Shown here: piece after piece, positions 1 through 11,877 of the stretch
Layout: each line of letters starts with the position of its first letter
Numbering within the stretch: position 1 is the first letter of the stretch
From: Paraphysomonas bandaiensis
Lineage: Eukaryota > Protista > Chrysophyceae
Direction of reading: 5' to 3'
NCBI GenBank assembly: GCA_965644295.1
Contig: CBFFRP010000136.1
Coordinates: 186,001-250,000, forward strand
Length of the DNA stretch: 64,000 bases
Notes under the pieces: model-generated
The model's database searches: none
Seen by the model: only the letters and a program-made list of their open reading frames with translations
What the model was told of the DNA's origin: nothing
Translations under genes and position numbers: made by a program

Positions 1-1260
1 AATCGGGAAGATGATGATGCTACACTAACTATTCGTGTGCGACCAGGAAGCGTGCGCGGTGCAGCAAGTATAAGTTCTGACGCAGATGATATTAATACCA
101 TTGAAGCCAGCAATGAACGCCCCCAAAGAAAGCGGCGCCGCGTCAGATATATGGGTGATGAATCAGAGGATACCGGAGACCATAATGGAAATATCAGTAA
201 TGGGGAGAATAAAGAATCTAGCGATTCCGAGCAGAATATTAACGAAGAGAAGATGCGTACGAGGCGTGCCACACGAAGTAGTCGTTCTGGCCTCCGGAGC
301 AACGTACAGTCGTCGCATGAAGAATCCAGCGACTCCGAGGAGGACGTTAACGAAGAGAAGATGCGTACGAGGCGCGCCACACGAAGTAGTCGTTCTGGCC
401 TCCGGAGCAACGTACAGTCGTCGCATGAAGAATCCAGCGACTCCGAGGAGGATGCTATCGAAGAAAATGTGCGTACGAAGCGCACCACACGAAGTAGTCG
501 TTCTGGCCTCCGGAGCAACTTACAGTCGTCACATGAAGAATCAAGCGACTCCGAGGAGGATGCTATCGAAGAAAATGTGCGTACGAAGCGCACCACACGA
601 AGTAGTCGTTCTGGCCTCCGGAGCAACTTACAGTCGTCACATGAAGAATCAAGCGACTCCGAGGAGGATGTTAACGAAGAAAATGTGCTTCCGAGGCGCA
701 CCGCTCGAAGTAGTCGTTCTGGCCTCCGAAGCAACGTACGGTCACGGCATGAAAAAGAGTCTGAGCCGAGCGAGCGGGTTACACGAGGCAGAATTACCGA
801 GCGACACAAACAATCTACCACGACGTCCGGAACCGAGCCTACCCGATCCAACAACCGACCTTCTAGGCGGGATGGTGCCCGTGTATCGGATACACTGAAA
901 GAAAAGATGACCATCATCTTGGACGGCGCATGCGAGAATGACAGTGGCAACATATTCGCTGAACCTGTGGACGAGCGGGATGCCCCAGGGTACCTCTCTA
1001 TCATTACGCACCCCATGGACTTTTCACTTGTTAGGTGGGATACTTTCTATGACTTTGCCCCGTTATTGTAATATCAAATTTTATACAGGGCTAAACTTAA
1101 TAGCGGCAAATACAAATCTATTCGACAGTTATCAGAAGATATCATGCTGATATTCGATAATTGCGAACTTTATAACGAGGAAGACTCCGCTATTTTCAAG
1201 GAGTCACGTAGACAGCGACGAGAGATCAAGAAGCTCATTGCTTTTTATGAAGAGTGTTAA
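1..1260 (+). CDS. Bromodomain-containing protein, 3' part (5' end outside window); one intron 1035-1088
   Basis: The frame is open from base 1. Splicing GT(1035)..AG(1088) gives IFAEPVDERDAPGYLSIITHPMDFSLVRAKLNSGKYKSIRQLSEDIMLIFDNCELYNEEDSAI, the bromodomain F..PV...APGY..II..PMDF / IFDNC..YN signature. Stop TAA at 1258-1260. Confidence 0.9.
214..760 (+). repeat. Coding tandem repeat, ~5 x 108 bp (36 aa: SSDSEEDVNEEKMRTRRATRSSRSGLRSNVQSSHEE)
   Basis: The period is directly visible (aacgaagagaag at 241 and 349). The repeat is in frame inside the bromodomain gene. Confidence 0.95.
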
Positions 1261-1933
1261 TAGCGTTTATGTGATATTCGTAGAACTAATAGCACGGGGG
1301 ATGGAAATACAGTAATGCCTCGCCTGGATATGAAAGTTATAGAGTGGTGTTGCAGAGTGTTACAGTGGCTTGTAGTTAACTTATTTTAGTTCTAAATAAC
1401 AATAATTTCTTTGGAGTTGAGTAAATTGAGGACAGGATTGTAATATTTGGAATCTAGACTTCAGAGTTTTAAAGCAGAATCGATTTGCGCCATTGACAAG
1501 ATTGGCACTACATGTCTTATATTGACATTGTGAAAATCTATTTATACTTTGTTTTGTCAGATAACCATTGTGTGTTCGCTCACTATTTTGTTCTGTTGTG
1601 AAGAAAGATTTCTTTCAGAAAGACATAGAGTGCATATGAAATATGCAAACTACTCAGCCCTTTCAGGGTATGGGTCATGTCGTGCTAATGGTAGTAAATG
1701 TCTGATTTATTGCTTTGAGTGTTATTAGTATAGTACAATTACCATATCCTTATGTGCATAGCATAGATATGACACAATAGTTTGATTCTTTTCTTCTCGT
1801 AACCTCTGGGTACACCTATTTCCTCCAGAAATAAGCAAGTTATAAAGCAAAAATCGCTATACATTCAGATATATTAGGTTTTCAACAGCATGAGGATAGT
1901 CTACAAATTAAACTATAGGGATAAAGAGTATCC

Positions 1934-2022
1934 CAGGGCCTGGTAACCATTAATGGTAATGCCATTATAATAGCCGGGACATTTTTCATTAATGCCATTA
2001 TAATTGCGGGGAACTGGACTAC
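1934..2022 (+). mobile_element. Isolated left end (TIR plus subterminal repeats) of hAT family A
   Basis: cagggcctggtaaccattaatgg is the exact reverse complement of the right TIR at 3804-3826. It is followed by the same gccattataat/cattaatg subterminal motifs seen at 2216-2350. Confidence 0.85.
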
Positions 2023-2215
2023 CGTATACGGATATTGCTAATAATCACACATTCATTAAGTCTTTTACGGAAAATAGATCTATTTAATGACTAGATGGTT
2101 TCATTGTCGGTTTCAAGAAATAACGCTTTGGAGTCTGAAGTAGTTGCAGCAACAATGTGCTCATAATACCCAATTCTACATAGCGGAATTATCAGTGTGA
2201 GTGAACAGAACAGCT

Positions 2216-3826
2216 CAGGGCTTGGTAACTATTAATGGTAATGGCATTAATGGCCATTAATGGGCCATTAATGGTAATGCCATTATAATTGCCGGGACTT
2301 TTTTAATTAATGCCATTATAATTGCGGGAAACTGGGCTACCATTAATGGGCTGTACTGCTATATATAGAACTGAGTGTTATTAAAATAATATAGAATATA
2401 GTATCTCCTCTACACTCCGAAGAAACTCTAAACAATATTGGTCTAGTTTTTGATGGGTGGACATGCGATGGCACGTCTGATCATTATATAGCAATATTCG
2501 CAATGTGGTCCAAGGAAAATGAAGCTGGTGTTACTCGAGTGTTACTATGCTGCGGACCTCAAGAGCAACCGGACGAAAACGATTTATCTGGTATTGAATT
2601 TACTGCGGCTGATATCGGAGATTATGTCATTAATCAGCTGTAATTATTCAATAAAACTCTTGCTAATGTCGATTGTCTTGTGTGTGATAACTGTGCAGTA
2701 AATCGCAAACTGGCTGAACTAATGGAGAAGCCAATGGTTGGTTGCTACTCACATCGACTGAATTTGGCAATTGCAAATATTTTCTGCGACCAGACAGGCC
2801 TCTCTACCATTATTGAAAGAATCGATTTATTGATGAAAGATCTAAGGACGCTGAAGAATGCAAGTTTGCTTGCGCATAAGACAAACATAAAGCCGGAAAG
2901 AAGAAATGTGACTCGGTGGTCTTCAACATACAACATGCTGGTTAAATACGTAAAACGGCATCCTTTTCTTGGTGAATGTAATTTCCCGAGCACCCTGGAA
3001 GATAAGATTCTTACTCCAGCTAAATTTCGAGATCTGAAACAATATTTGACGCAACTTGAAAAGTTGCAAAGTGTTACGCTGGCCTTACAAAGAGATGAAA
3101 CCAATTTGTACCAAGCCCGCCAGTTATTTGATATGTTGCTACAAGAATTTCAAGAGCTGCATCCATACCTTTCCCCGAATGCAAGCATTGTTGCCAGTGC
3201 AAATTTTGAGAAGGCAGTGGCTAAAATTCAAGGGAACGATGAAAGAGAGTTGACAGGCAATGAGAGAAGAGCAGTTAGACATTTGCAACTGGATTCGTCC
3301 ATGGAGGTTGGTGTACCCGACAGAAATAACGAGGACGAGAGTGAAGGAACTGATTTTGCACAGCGTGTTCTAGACAGCGCCGAGGTCACCAAGAGAGCTA
3401 CCTATGAGTCCAACTACAGCTGCTTTCTTCATATTGAAGCACAATCTAATGTTGTTGAGAGGCTCTTTAGTCGTGCAAAGTTGATTATGACACCTGAACG
3501 TAGAAACATGAATCCATATCGTCTAGAATCGTTGCTATTCCTACGAGCCAATTACATGTTGTGGGATGTTTATACCCTCTATGAAGCCCTGCAAGAAGAT
3601 CCTGATGTGCCAGTAGAGAGCGAGAAGTAGTTAAAATTTGTAGTCTGCTATTTAACTAAAAATTAGTAATTAAGGGAGCACAACACTATCTATTACATGA
3701 GTGGTGTTATCTACTTTAAGTTAGAAGGTATTAATGGCCATTAATGGCCATTATAATTGCCGGGACATTTTTCATTAATGCCATTATAATTGCCATTAAT
3801 AGGCCATTAATGGTTACCAGGCCCTG
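2216..3826 (+). mobile_element. hAT DNA transposon (family A), defective deletion derivative
   Basis: TIRs cagggcttggtaactattaatgg / ccattaatggttaccaggccctg; perfect 8-bp TSD GAACAGCT (2208-2215, 3827-3834); subterminal cattaatg repeats; transposase remnant inside. Confidence 0.95.
2401..3630 (+). pseudogene. hAT transposase, N-terminally deleted, with in-frame TAA at 2641-2643
   Basis: One frame carries LVFDGWT (first D), VCDN (second D), GCYSHRLNL (CxxH), TRWSSTYNML and SNVVERLFS (E, dimerization region). No BED finger or start codon is visible. Confidence 0.9.
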
Positions 3827-3834
3827 GAACAGCT

Positions 3835-5483
3835 AGTATCCTTCCTCATCCAACTCAATGAATCTGAAATATCAGCGACAGGGATAACTTAAAAGGCTCA
3901 AGTGACTGATAGCGGTATGAACAACATAACTATTTGAAGTATACATTGCGTACGTCTCTTCGTTCGTGAAGTAGAACGGAATAATCTGCCCATTAGCATT
4001 GTATCCGTGAATAGAGTAAAGTTGTAAAATTAGTAGCGAAGACTCACACTCCCGTTGGGAGATGCGGCCATACTATTCAAGTAGTTCTGGGACGTGAATC
4101 ACCAGCATATTTTCATCACAAAACCGGTCAGGAGACGAAAATTTGTTAATGACTTAAAATTTTCTCCCATATGGTGTACTATCTCCTTTCCATAGACATA
4201 ATGAGGATCTCTGTCAGACTTATTGGTGGAGTGATTGTTATTACAAGCTCTACAGCAGGTCTGCACAGACCGCGCATTAAACTTCGCAGAAACAAAAGTT
4301 GTCGGTGAAACACTCACGTCCAAATCTTTATGCGCCATATCAAGATCAGACATCTTTAAGTACTGATGCATTTCATCGAACCCATTCTCATACGCAATAC
4401 GAATTAATTCATCTTTATGAGGCGGGTTGCATTCACTTAACTCATCAAAACCAATACTATCAACTTGATGCGAGGGTGTGTACTCAAAACATAGCGATGA
4501 CACTTTACTGTTAATTCATCCCCCTGATCTGTCACTCATCACTCCAACTGTTTAACTAATGATAGACTGTTTAATCTCTTCCTTATGAAGCTACTCCACT
4601 TTGCTAGGCTCTGAGGCCGCATTAGAGATTGTCATTCCTATAGATATACAGAAATATACTATACATTGCTTTTACATTGTCATTTGATTGCGTTAGTGAC
4701 AGTGTTGATCACGTTGCCGTACCCATTACATTGAACGTAGAACCATTAACGCTGTTCTGGTATTGGGCTACCTGAGGGTGCTTCGCACATCACGCACCTG
4801 GAGTATCCCATTTCCGGAACTTAAGATGTCTTCCGTCTAGCCCCAATGAGGTAGTTTCCCATAAGTGGACAAATATCCGTAAGGACTAAATATTTGAAGG
4901 TACACATGTGGCTTATGCAAACGGAATGACGTGTACTTGTAGCAGCTAGTCTACCTTTATCTGTCGCTACTTCTAGCTACTTGTTACGGCCATCACTACG
5001 GATGACTGAACTTGCTAGACTAATACAGTTAACTGCTACAAGGGGTTGAGAATAGCAACATGCCAACTGCGCGTTTCCTTCATAGGGATATAATTAGGTA
5101 TACACAGATGATGGGTAGCACTATATGTCCACAGCAATATGCATAATAGCTTTTGCAATGGTGTGCTTCTGCAATCTAATCAACTTCCTGAAATCATCGG
5201 AATCATTTCAGAAGTATAGTGAGAGCAGCCTGTCCATCATTTCAGGAATAGATTTCCCAAGTTGAGAAGAGAATCTCCGAGTACATGACGACCAATATGC
5301 AGGTGAATATCTGTGGATTCACCACTTGAGAGAGAACGTTCCAGTGAAATCAGATTCGACTTCATCTAACGTATTTACTCTATTCGTGAGTGCAGGAACG
5401 AGAAATATCTTCAAGAGACAGCTAAGCGCTCACTGTACATAATAGAGTACAGTATCGAGAGAGGGGGCGAGTAAGGACTCCAT
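3835..5483 (-). pseudogene. Possible decayed gene of unknown function; its 3' part may continue at ~2093-2215 beyond the hAT insertion
   Basis: A 134-aa ORF at 4099-4503 is flanked by coding-like frames broken by stops. No family recognised. Confidence 0.3.
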
Positions 5484-5928
5484 GGTATTAACAGAGAATG
5501 GCTTTAATCGATCAAAGTGACTCTAATGAATGAAAGAAGCTGATGTTCAAACATACACACTACTGAGAGTTGACATGACTCACCCTCACCATCCTATGGA
5601 CCCTGCTGTATCATGATACACTCAAGAGGAAGTGGATTTCTGTATTTTGTTCGTGTGGGTTCGATGTAAAATCCAGTGGAATTACTATGAGAATGACAGA
5701 AATCTAGTGAATTTTGGCAAATCTTCGGCTTTTTTGATCAATGTACTTTTATTGTGGCAGCACGTTCCTATCCATAGCAAGTGATGTATGCGGAGCGTGT
5801 GACTGAGTGGCGAAGTGAGATAAAGCAAGTTAGTTCCGTATGTGTACTTCCTGCCTGAGTAGACAGTGTGATGATGTACAGCATATAGTATATATATACG
5901 AGTGATGCGCAGAGACTTATACATATAG

Positions 5929-7116
5929 ATGGCTTCTAAAGTTCCCTGTAACTTTTATCACAAGCAAGGATATTGCGCCAAAGGAAACTATTGCGAGTTC
6001 TTGCACAGCTCTAGGCCTGTATGTAAGTTCTATCAGTCGGAGGAGGGCTGCAGGCGTGGTCGCTCATGTACTTTTGCTCACATTAAGCCTCAAAAGGCTC
6101 CTCAAAGTGCTCCTCACAGGCCGAAGGTCTCTCAACCAACCCCTCTATCAACCAACTCAAGCCCTCAGACGACAGCAGTGATCAAGGGGGAGGAGAGTGG
6201 GGGCCGGTCTGTGGATAGCGTGTGGGGGTTCGATGATGCGGGCGATAGCAGTGGAGTTTATTTTTATGGTGCTGGTGGTACGAGTGTCTCATCTACTAGT
6301 GCTTCTCGGTGCACCAAGTACGCTGATATTGTTGGTACCGATGGTGACCCCAATATACAAACACAACTGCCAACCGAAGACTCCAAAAATAACTCGGCAC
6401 GAAAGCTGTGTCCATTCTATATATCAGGAAGTTGTAGGTTTGGTACAGCTTGCCGAAACCTTCACGTCGTGAACTCTGATGTGAACGATGTACAATCATC
6501 TGAGGAAGAGGAAGCTGCTGAACGGGCTCTCATAGCATCTGAAGTACAGGCTGCACAGGTTGCGGAGTGCGGAATATGTTTGTCGCCATTGGATGGGGCT
6601 TCGAGGGGAATGCTTAGTAACTGTTCGTGCGTGTTTTGTTTGGAATGTATACGCTCATGGAGACAGGAGGGTGGTGCAGTGGCAAAGGCATCACAAGTGA
6701 GGTTAGTGTTGTCGTGTCTACAAACATCATGTTCAATCGCTTTTGTGTTACAATCTCTGTAGGCTTTGTCCTCTCTGTCGAACAGAATCTTTCTTCATTA
6801 TTCCTTGTTCACGTATTATCAGTGACCCGGCCAGGAAAAACAGAGTTATAGAAGAGTATCGGAAGTCTCTCTCCATCATACCCTGCAAGGTTAGTTGCTA
6901 TGTCGATGGTGTAATATATTTTTTGACCGCAAAGTTCAGCATTTTCAGTCGGGTTCTTGCCCTTTTGGTAGTTCGTGCTTCTACAAGCATATTTTACCGA
7001 ACGGAGAAGTAGAGGAGACTACCCCACCTAGAGTTGTATATAGTTCTGACGACACTCCCACCTATACAGTCCCTACTATGTTGGGGGACTTTATCCGTCA
7101 TAGTAATAAAACATAG
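5929..7116 (+). CDS. MKRN: Makorin-like E3 ubiquitin ligase (3 CCCH, RING, C-terminal CCCH); introns 6702-6762 and 6890-6939
   Basis: Three N-terminal CCCH fingers, a RING (CGICL...GMLSNCSCVFCLECIRSWR...CPLCR), SFFIIP, and terminal CKHFQSGSCPFGSSCFYKH after splicing. This is the makorin architecture. Confidence 0.9.
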
Positions 7117-7415
7117 TAATTATCTATTATCTTGTCCGGTGGTTGTGGTTATCAAATACGGAATTATAAACCTCCTAACTGCTGGTTTGGAACACTTCGC
7201 TACTATTCCGTGTGAATAAATAATAAATAAATATCCACTTCCGTGTGAAATACACAAAAGTATATTGACATAGGTAGAACACCAAGAAGTAGGTACAGAC
7301 TAAAGCAGCAAGTAAATGTTAATATTAGTTACTGCTAAATTTTGATTTCATAAAAACTGCACTTCGTCATAGTCAAAGAAACGCAGTCAAATCAAGATGC
7401 CACGCAACTCAATAT

Positions 7416-9344
7416 TTAGTAAGAAGGAACATACATCTCTTTGCGGCAATGCTCAACAAGGCAGCCGCTGGGTCGAGGCTTTGTTGCGCGCCCAGTAGCG
7501 AACATTTGCTCGACAACCGCGGCAGCGATGTGGGCGGATACATCTCTGATGTCCTCCAAAGGTGGATAGACGCACCCTAGAGCGAGGCTGTCATCAGAAA
7601 CCTGACCGGCAAGTGCATATGCAGCCACGTAGAAATCAGCATCTGTGATACTTGTAGCACCAGCAGTGACAGCAGCCAGCCCGACTCCAGGGAAGATGAA
7701 CCTGCGGATAGGTAAGTCCGTGATGCTATAGCAAAGTAAACTTACGCATTGTTTCCTTGACCAGGTTTGAATTGTTGCCCACTAGGTAAAGTAACGCGGT
7801 CAAAAGGCGAGCCACTGCTATAGACGGCCTTGCCATTGGTCCAAGTATAAGCTTGCGTAGGTGTGCATTCCGCAAGCGTGGTAGGATTGGAAAGGGCAAA
7901 GATTACAGGGCGCTCGTTGATGGCGGCCATTGCCTTGCAAATCGCCTCCGTGAAAGACCCACCCTGCGCGGATACACCCAATAGAGCAGAGGGGCGTATT
8001 GCCTCGATGCAGTTCAGCAACAGATCTGAGCCTGATAATCCCGACTTGGATGTCACCTTACTTTTCACGGCATCATCGACAGCGTGTGCGTAGTTAACCT
8101 TAGCAGTAAAAAAGTCAGTGACTATAGCAAGAGACAGAAAAATTTGCATTATACATAGAAGAAAAAATCACCTTATGGGCAGCCAATGTGTCACCACGAC
8201 CATCAACGACAAGCCCCTTTGAGTCCACGAGCCATATTTGCTTGCGGGCCTGCTCGACAGATATGTCTTCACACTCTCTCGCCACTGCTATCGCGATAAG
8301 GTCAGCAATGCCAACTCCGGCTGCCCCTGCTCCATAAAACAGAACACGGTGCTCTGACAGCTGACGCTTTCCCACCAGTCTTAATGAGGCTACGAGACCA
8401 GCTAAGATGACAGAAGCAGTGCCCTGGATGTCGTCGTTAAAACAGCACGAGCTCTCACGGTGCGCATCCAAAAGGGAGAAAGCAGTCGCGTTGCCAAAGT
8501 CCTCAAACTATAGTATTATGCCTCATTTAGTTGCGACTGAGGTAATAGCGCAATCTGGATTACCTGTATGAGAACATGCTCTCCGTACATCTCCTTGCAA
8601 GCAGACATGAATTCCGCCATCAGGGAGGAGAATGCCTCTCCTCGAACCCGCTGTTGACGGAGACCCAGATACATGGGATCCGCCAGATTACCCTCATTGT
8701 TCGTACCAACATCAATATGCACTGGAAGGCACTTCATCCACAAAATTATTCATTGACGACGAAAATGAGTTGACACTTACCTTCATAGGATGGACCCCTG
8801 CGCAGGCAGTGTATAAGGCCAGTTTGCCAATAGATATTCCCATTCCGTTAGCCCCAAGGTCACCCAGACCAAGAATGGCCTCACCATCAGTGACCACAAT
8901 GACTTCGATATCCTTATTGGGATAGTTCGCTAGTATGCTCTTAATACTACCCGCATCCTCCAAGGTGATATAAACACCACGAACACTCTCGCGATAGATG
9001 TGGCTCCACTGCTGACACGCCTGTCCAACAGTCGGAGTGTACACAAAAGGCATAACTTCAATCAGGTGTTTCATAACACACGCATGATAAAGAGTCTCGT
9101 CATTGTCCTGGATGGTGTGAAGATATATGTACTTCTCCAGAGGACTTGTCTTCTTGCGCAGCTCCGTGATAGCATTCTCTACTTTCAATTCCAGCGAGAT
9201 AGATGCCCCTCCTGGAATGAGTCCCCTAACACCAAGCGAACTAGCTTCATCACGGGTGAATGACGAACCCTTGTTCAGCATAGGGTGCTTAACCACATCA
9301 AATCCAGTGGCAGCTTTCCTCTTCTTGTCAATGGAGTCAGACAT
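7416..9344 (-). CDS. NAD(P)-dependent malic enzyme; 4 short coding introns plus a probable 5'UTR intron
   Basis: Motifs MPFVYTPTVGQAC, IVVTDGEAILGLGDLGANGMGISIGKLALY, DVGTNN, QFEDF, FNDDIQGTASV, GAGAAG, IFALSNPT and PGQGNNA-FIFPG. Confidence 0.96.
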
Positions 9345-10248
9345 ATTTTCTGCATAGGCTTCTGTCAGGTACAAACGGAATAGTATTAAAGACTAACCAG
9401 ATTTCTTAGTGAGCAGGCTTGAATGATAATATCAAGAGATCAGGACGGCAGATGGATAACAATCTCTTGTCTCTGTGGCGATAACTATATACATATACAT
9501 ATAGCTAGTCTACATACACATACCACAGCCATTTTTTGCCTCCACCTCACACCACTGTACTGCTGCTGTATTCCACTGTTGGTATCTTTTTGTAGGGCGG
9601 TAAAGGACTGTGTATATGTGTGGCTAGAGGTGTTTTTTTGGTACAGTTGTACACGGCTAGTATACCGTCCGTATACCGAGGGGAATATTTCCAGAATGGT
9701 TCTTCAATCCAATCCCTCTGAGCGAAACTGTCGTTGAGATATGGGAATATGGGAACTGTTTTAAACAGCAACAGAGAGTTCCTGGAGTTCTGACAGCAGG
9801 ATAATTCTAATGGAGAATACGTTCACTTGATCATATACAACTGATTTCGTTTTCCTTGGCGAACTATATGGGGTTCTATGGAGTTAAAATCTCATAGGTT
9901 AAAATACAGAGCTGAGATTTGTAGCCTACAACACACCCCAAATGACTTAGACACACAGTGAATATATATTTAGGCTCTATGTAATATAAGGTAGTTTATA
10001 TATCGTTGTTTTATTTATAATGAATGGTGTTTATGAATACCAAAATCTGACTAAACATGATATGACAGAAAAAGTAAAAAAGTAGTAAGTAGATTTTATG
10101 TAAATACTACTAAACTCGTTGCTACAATTGGCATGTAAAATCACTAATACTCAGTATTTAGTGGCTTCGTATGCTATGCTGATACAAAGAACTGGAAGTG
10201 CGAAGTAATGTATGACCTGAAGTCATAAAATATAAAATCAACCTCTCT

Positions 10249-10355
10249 TGCTCACTGCGTTTGCTTTGAGTGATAGAGCGGAAGTCGTTGCACTTTTTTG
10301 GTAAATAGCTGGATATCAGAGCTAAGTACTAGTTAGTTAAATTGTATTGCTACAT
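10249..10355. repeat. Dispersed repeat, copy 1 (related to 48401-48540)
   Basis: Shared colinear blocks tgctcactgcgtttgct(t/g)tgagtgatagagc and taaatag..ggatatcagag.taag.act..tattgcta. Confidence 0.65.
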
Positions 10356-10762
10356 TAGTACTTAGTACTGACGTGTGACTGACCCCTACAGGCCTATTGC
10401 TCATAATAAGATATTCATTACTTCAGGTAGTGCATGCAGAAAGGCGCAAGATATGCTCACTTACTTAAGAGTTATAAAATAAATAACTGCAGAAATTGCG
10501 CTCATACTAACTAGTACTAATGTAGGTTATTTACTTTAAAAAACTAGGAACCACTGTATTGGTACTTTTAGAGTTCCAAAATTCGTAGTAGACTTTCTTA
10601 TCATCTGTGTAGAAAGACATGATTCATTTCTGTCGCAGATTCTAGTCTCAGATCATTAAAATGTAAATACCAAATCATTAATAGCATGAACTCTATTTAA
10701 CTCTATACTACGACGGACTGCGATTGTAATCATTTAATCATGTACTTATCCGTAAAAGTACA

Positions 10763-11498
10763 CTAGGAGTTTATCGAAAAATAATCAGCAGGAACTGGTT
10801 CAACAAGCCCAAGCGATTTCTCTTCTTCAATCACTTCGTAGAGGGGTCTGGCGTGAAATTTGACTGACATGCCTTCCCGAATAGTAATACTGACATCTGC
10901 ATTAATCTTCTTTTTAATGGCCCTTTTGTCAAATTGAATATCTGTAAACAGCAGTTGAGACAAGTAGAAGTAAAATCGTAAACTATTACCGGGATATTTC
11001 TGTATGAAATCAAGTAACAATTGCTCAGAGAAGTGAGGGTCATGGCTGGTGGTACCGATAACAACTTCAGCGTGTTCCAAACCATGATGGTGAATGCGAC
11101 CTGGCTTGGGACTGGCTAGCTCAATACATCTATGTGTTTAACATATGTTAAATTACTTTAAAGTGGTACAGATTCATACACAGTCACCTGACTTCCCATT
11201 GCTTGAACGCAAGCGGCTGATTCAGCTGAAACGTTGCAATTGGTCTACCGCCAATCATACTTTCCACAAGCAAACAACCACATTGATGAAGCTTGTCAAA
11301 TATGTCTCTATATTCAGGTAATGATGCAGCCCTGTAACAAATATGATCAATTTCTTTGCCGTCCAAGACAATGCCAAGATCCTGGATATCGTTATTACAG
11401 ATAGTATAAACACTGTTGCATACCTCTGTTTTGGAAACAAGTTCCTCCAGAAAATCAGAAACTGATCCAAGGATCGCGAAAGATTCGTGCTCACACAT
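10763..11498 (-). CDS. YecM-family (VOC/glyoxalase-like) protein with 3 introns
   Basis: The spliced product has IDHICYR, LLVESMIGGRPIATFQL, CIELASPKPG, GLEHAEVV and SVKFHARPLYEVIEEE. These match the motif order of bacterial YecM (DH...R, E..INGRPI, VELP.P, GWEHIE, KFH...L..I). Confidence 0.85.
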
Positions 11499-11877
11499 CT
11501 TCGTATATATGGCTACTGGAACACATTGCACCGCTGCACATATGTGGCTGTGCAGCTATTCCTATGAGTGGATATTCCACAAACAAGAGAAAGTCTCGGA
11601 ATACAACGTATTATAATACCACACCCAGCGGATGATATCATATATGTACGTAGGAATACAGATTACATACACTACAAGTACAGTAGATTCAAACCCTCCA
11701 ATAGCAGAGTGGGCACTTGATATACTGCTGTACATTACTGTACTGCTGTACATTTGAACTCTGAAGAAGTAAGTTAGAGATGAAGTAGAAGTGAACCTGT
11801 TCGAATAGTATTCGAATATATGGCTGAATGGTCTCAGTACTTCAATCACTTGTAGGGCTTATTTATAAATAGTCATA

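Noticed and set aside
86-898. 270-aa alternative-frame ORF and the many short antisense ORFs overlapping ATM, Copia pol, MDH and others
   Set aside because: These are shadows of real coding frames or of stop-free repeat units, with no recognisable motifs.
2641-2643. Stop-codon reassignment (in-frame TAA/TAG/TGA in TE ORFs)
   Set aside because: Host genes use all three stops normally and have no internal stops. The in-frame stops occur only in decayed elements.
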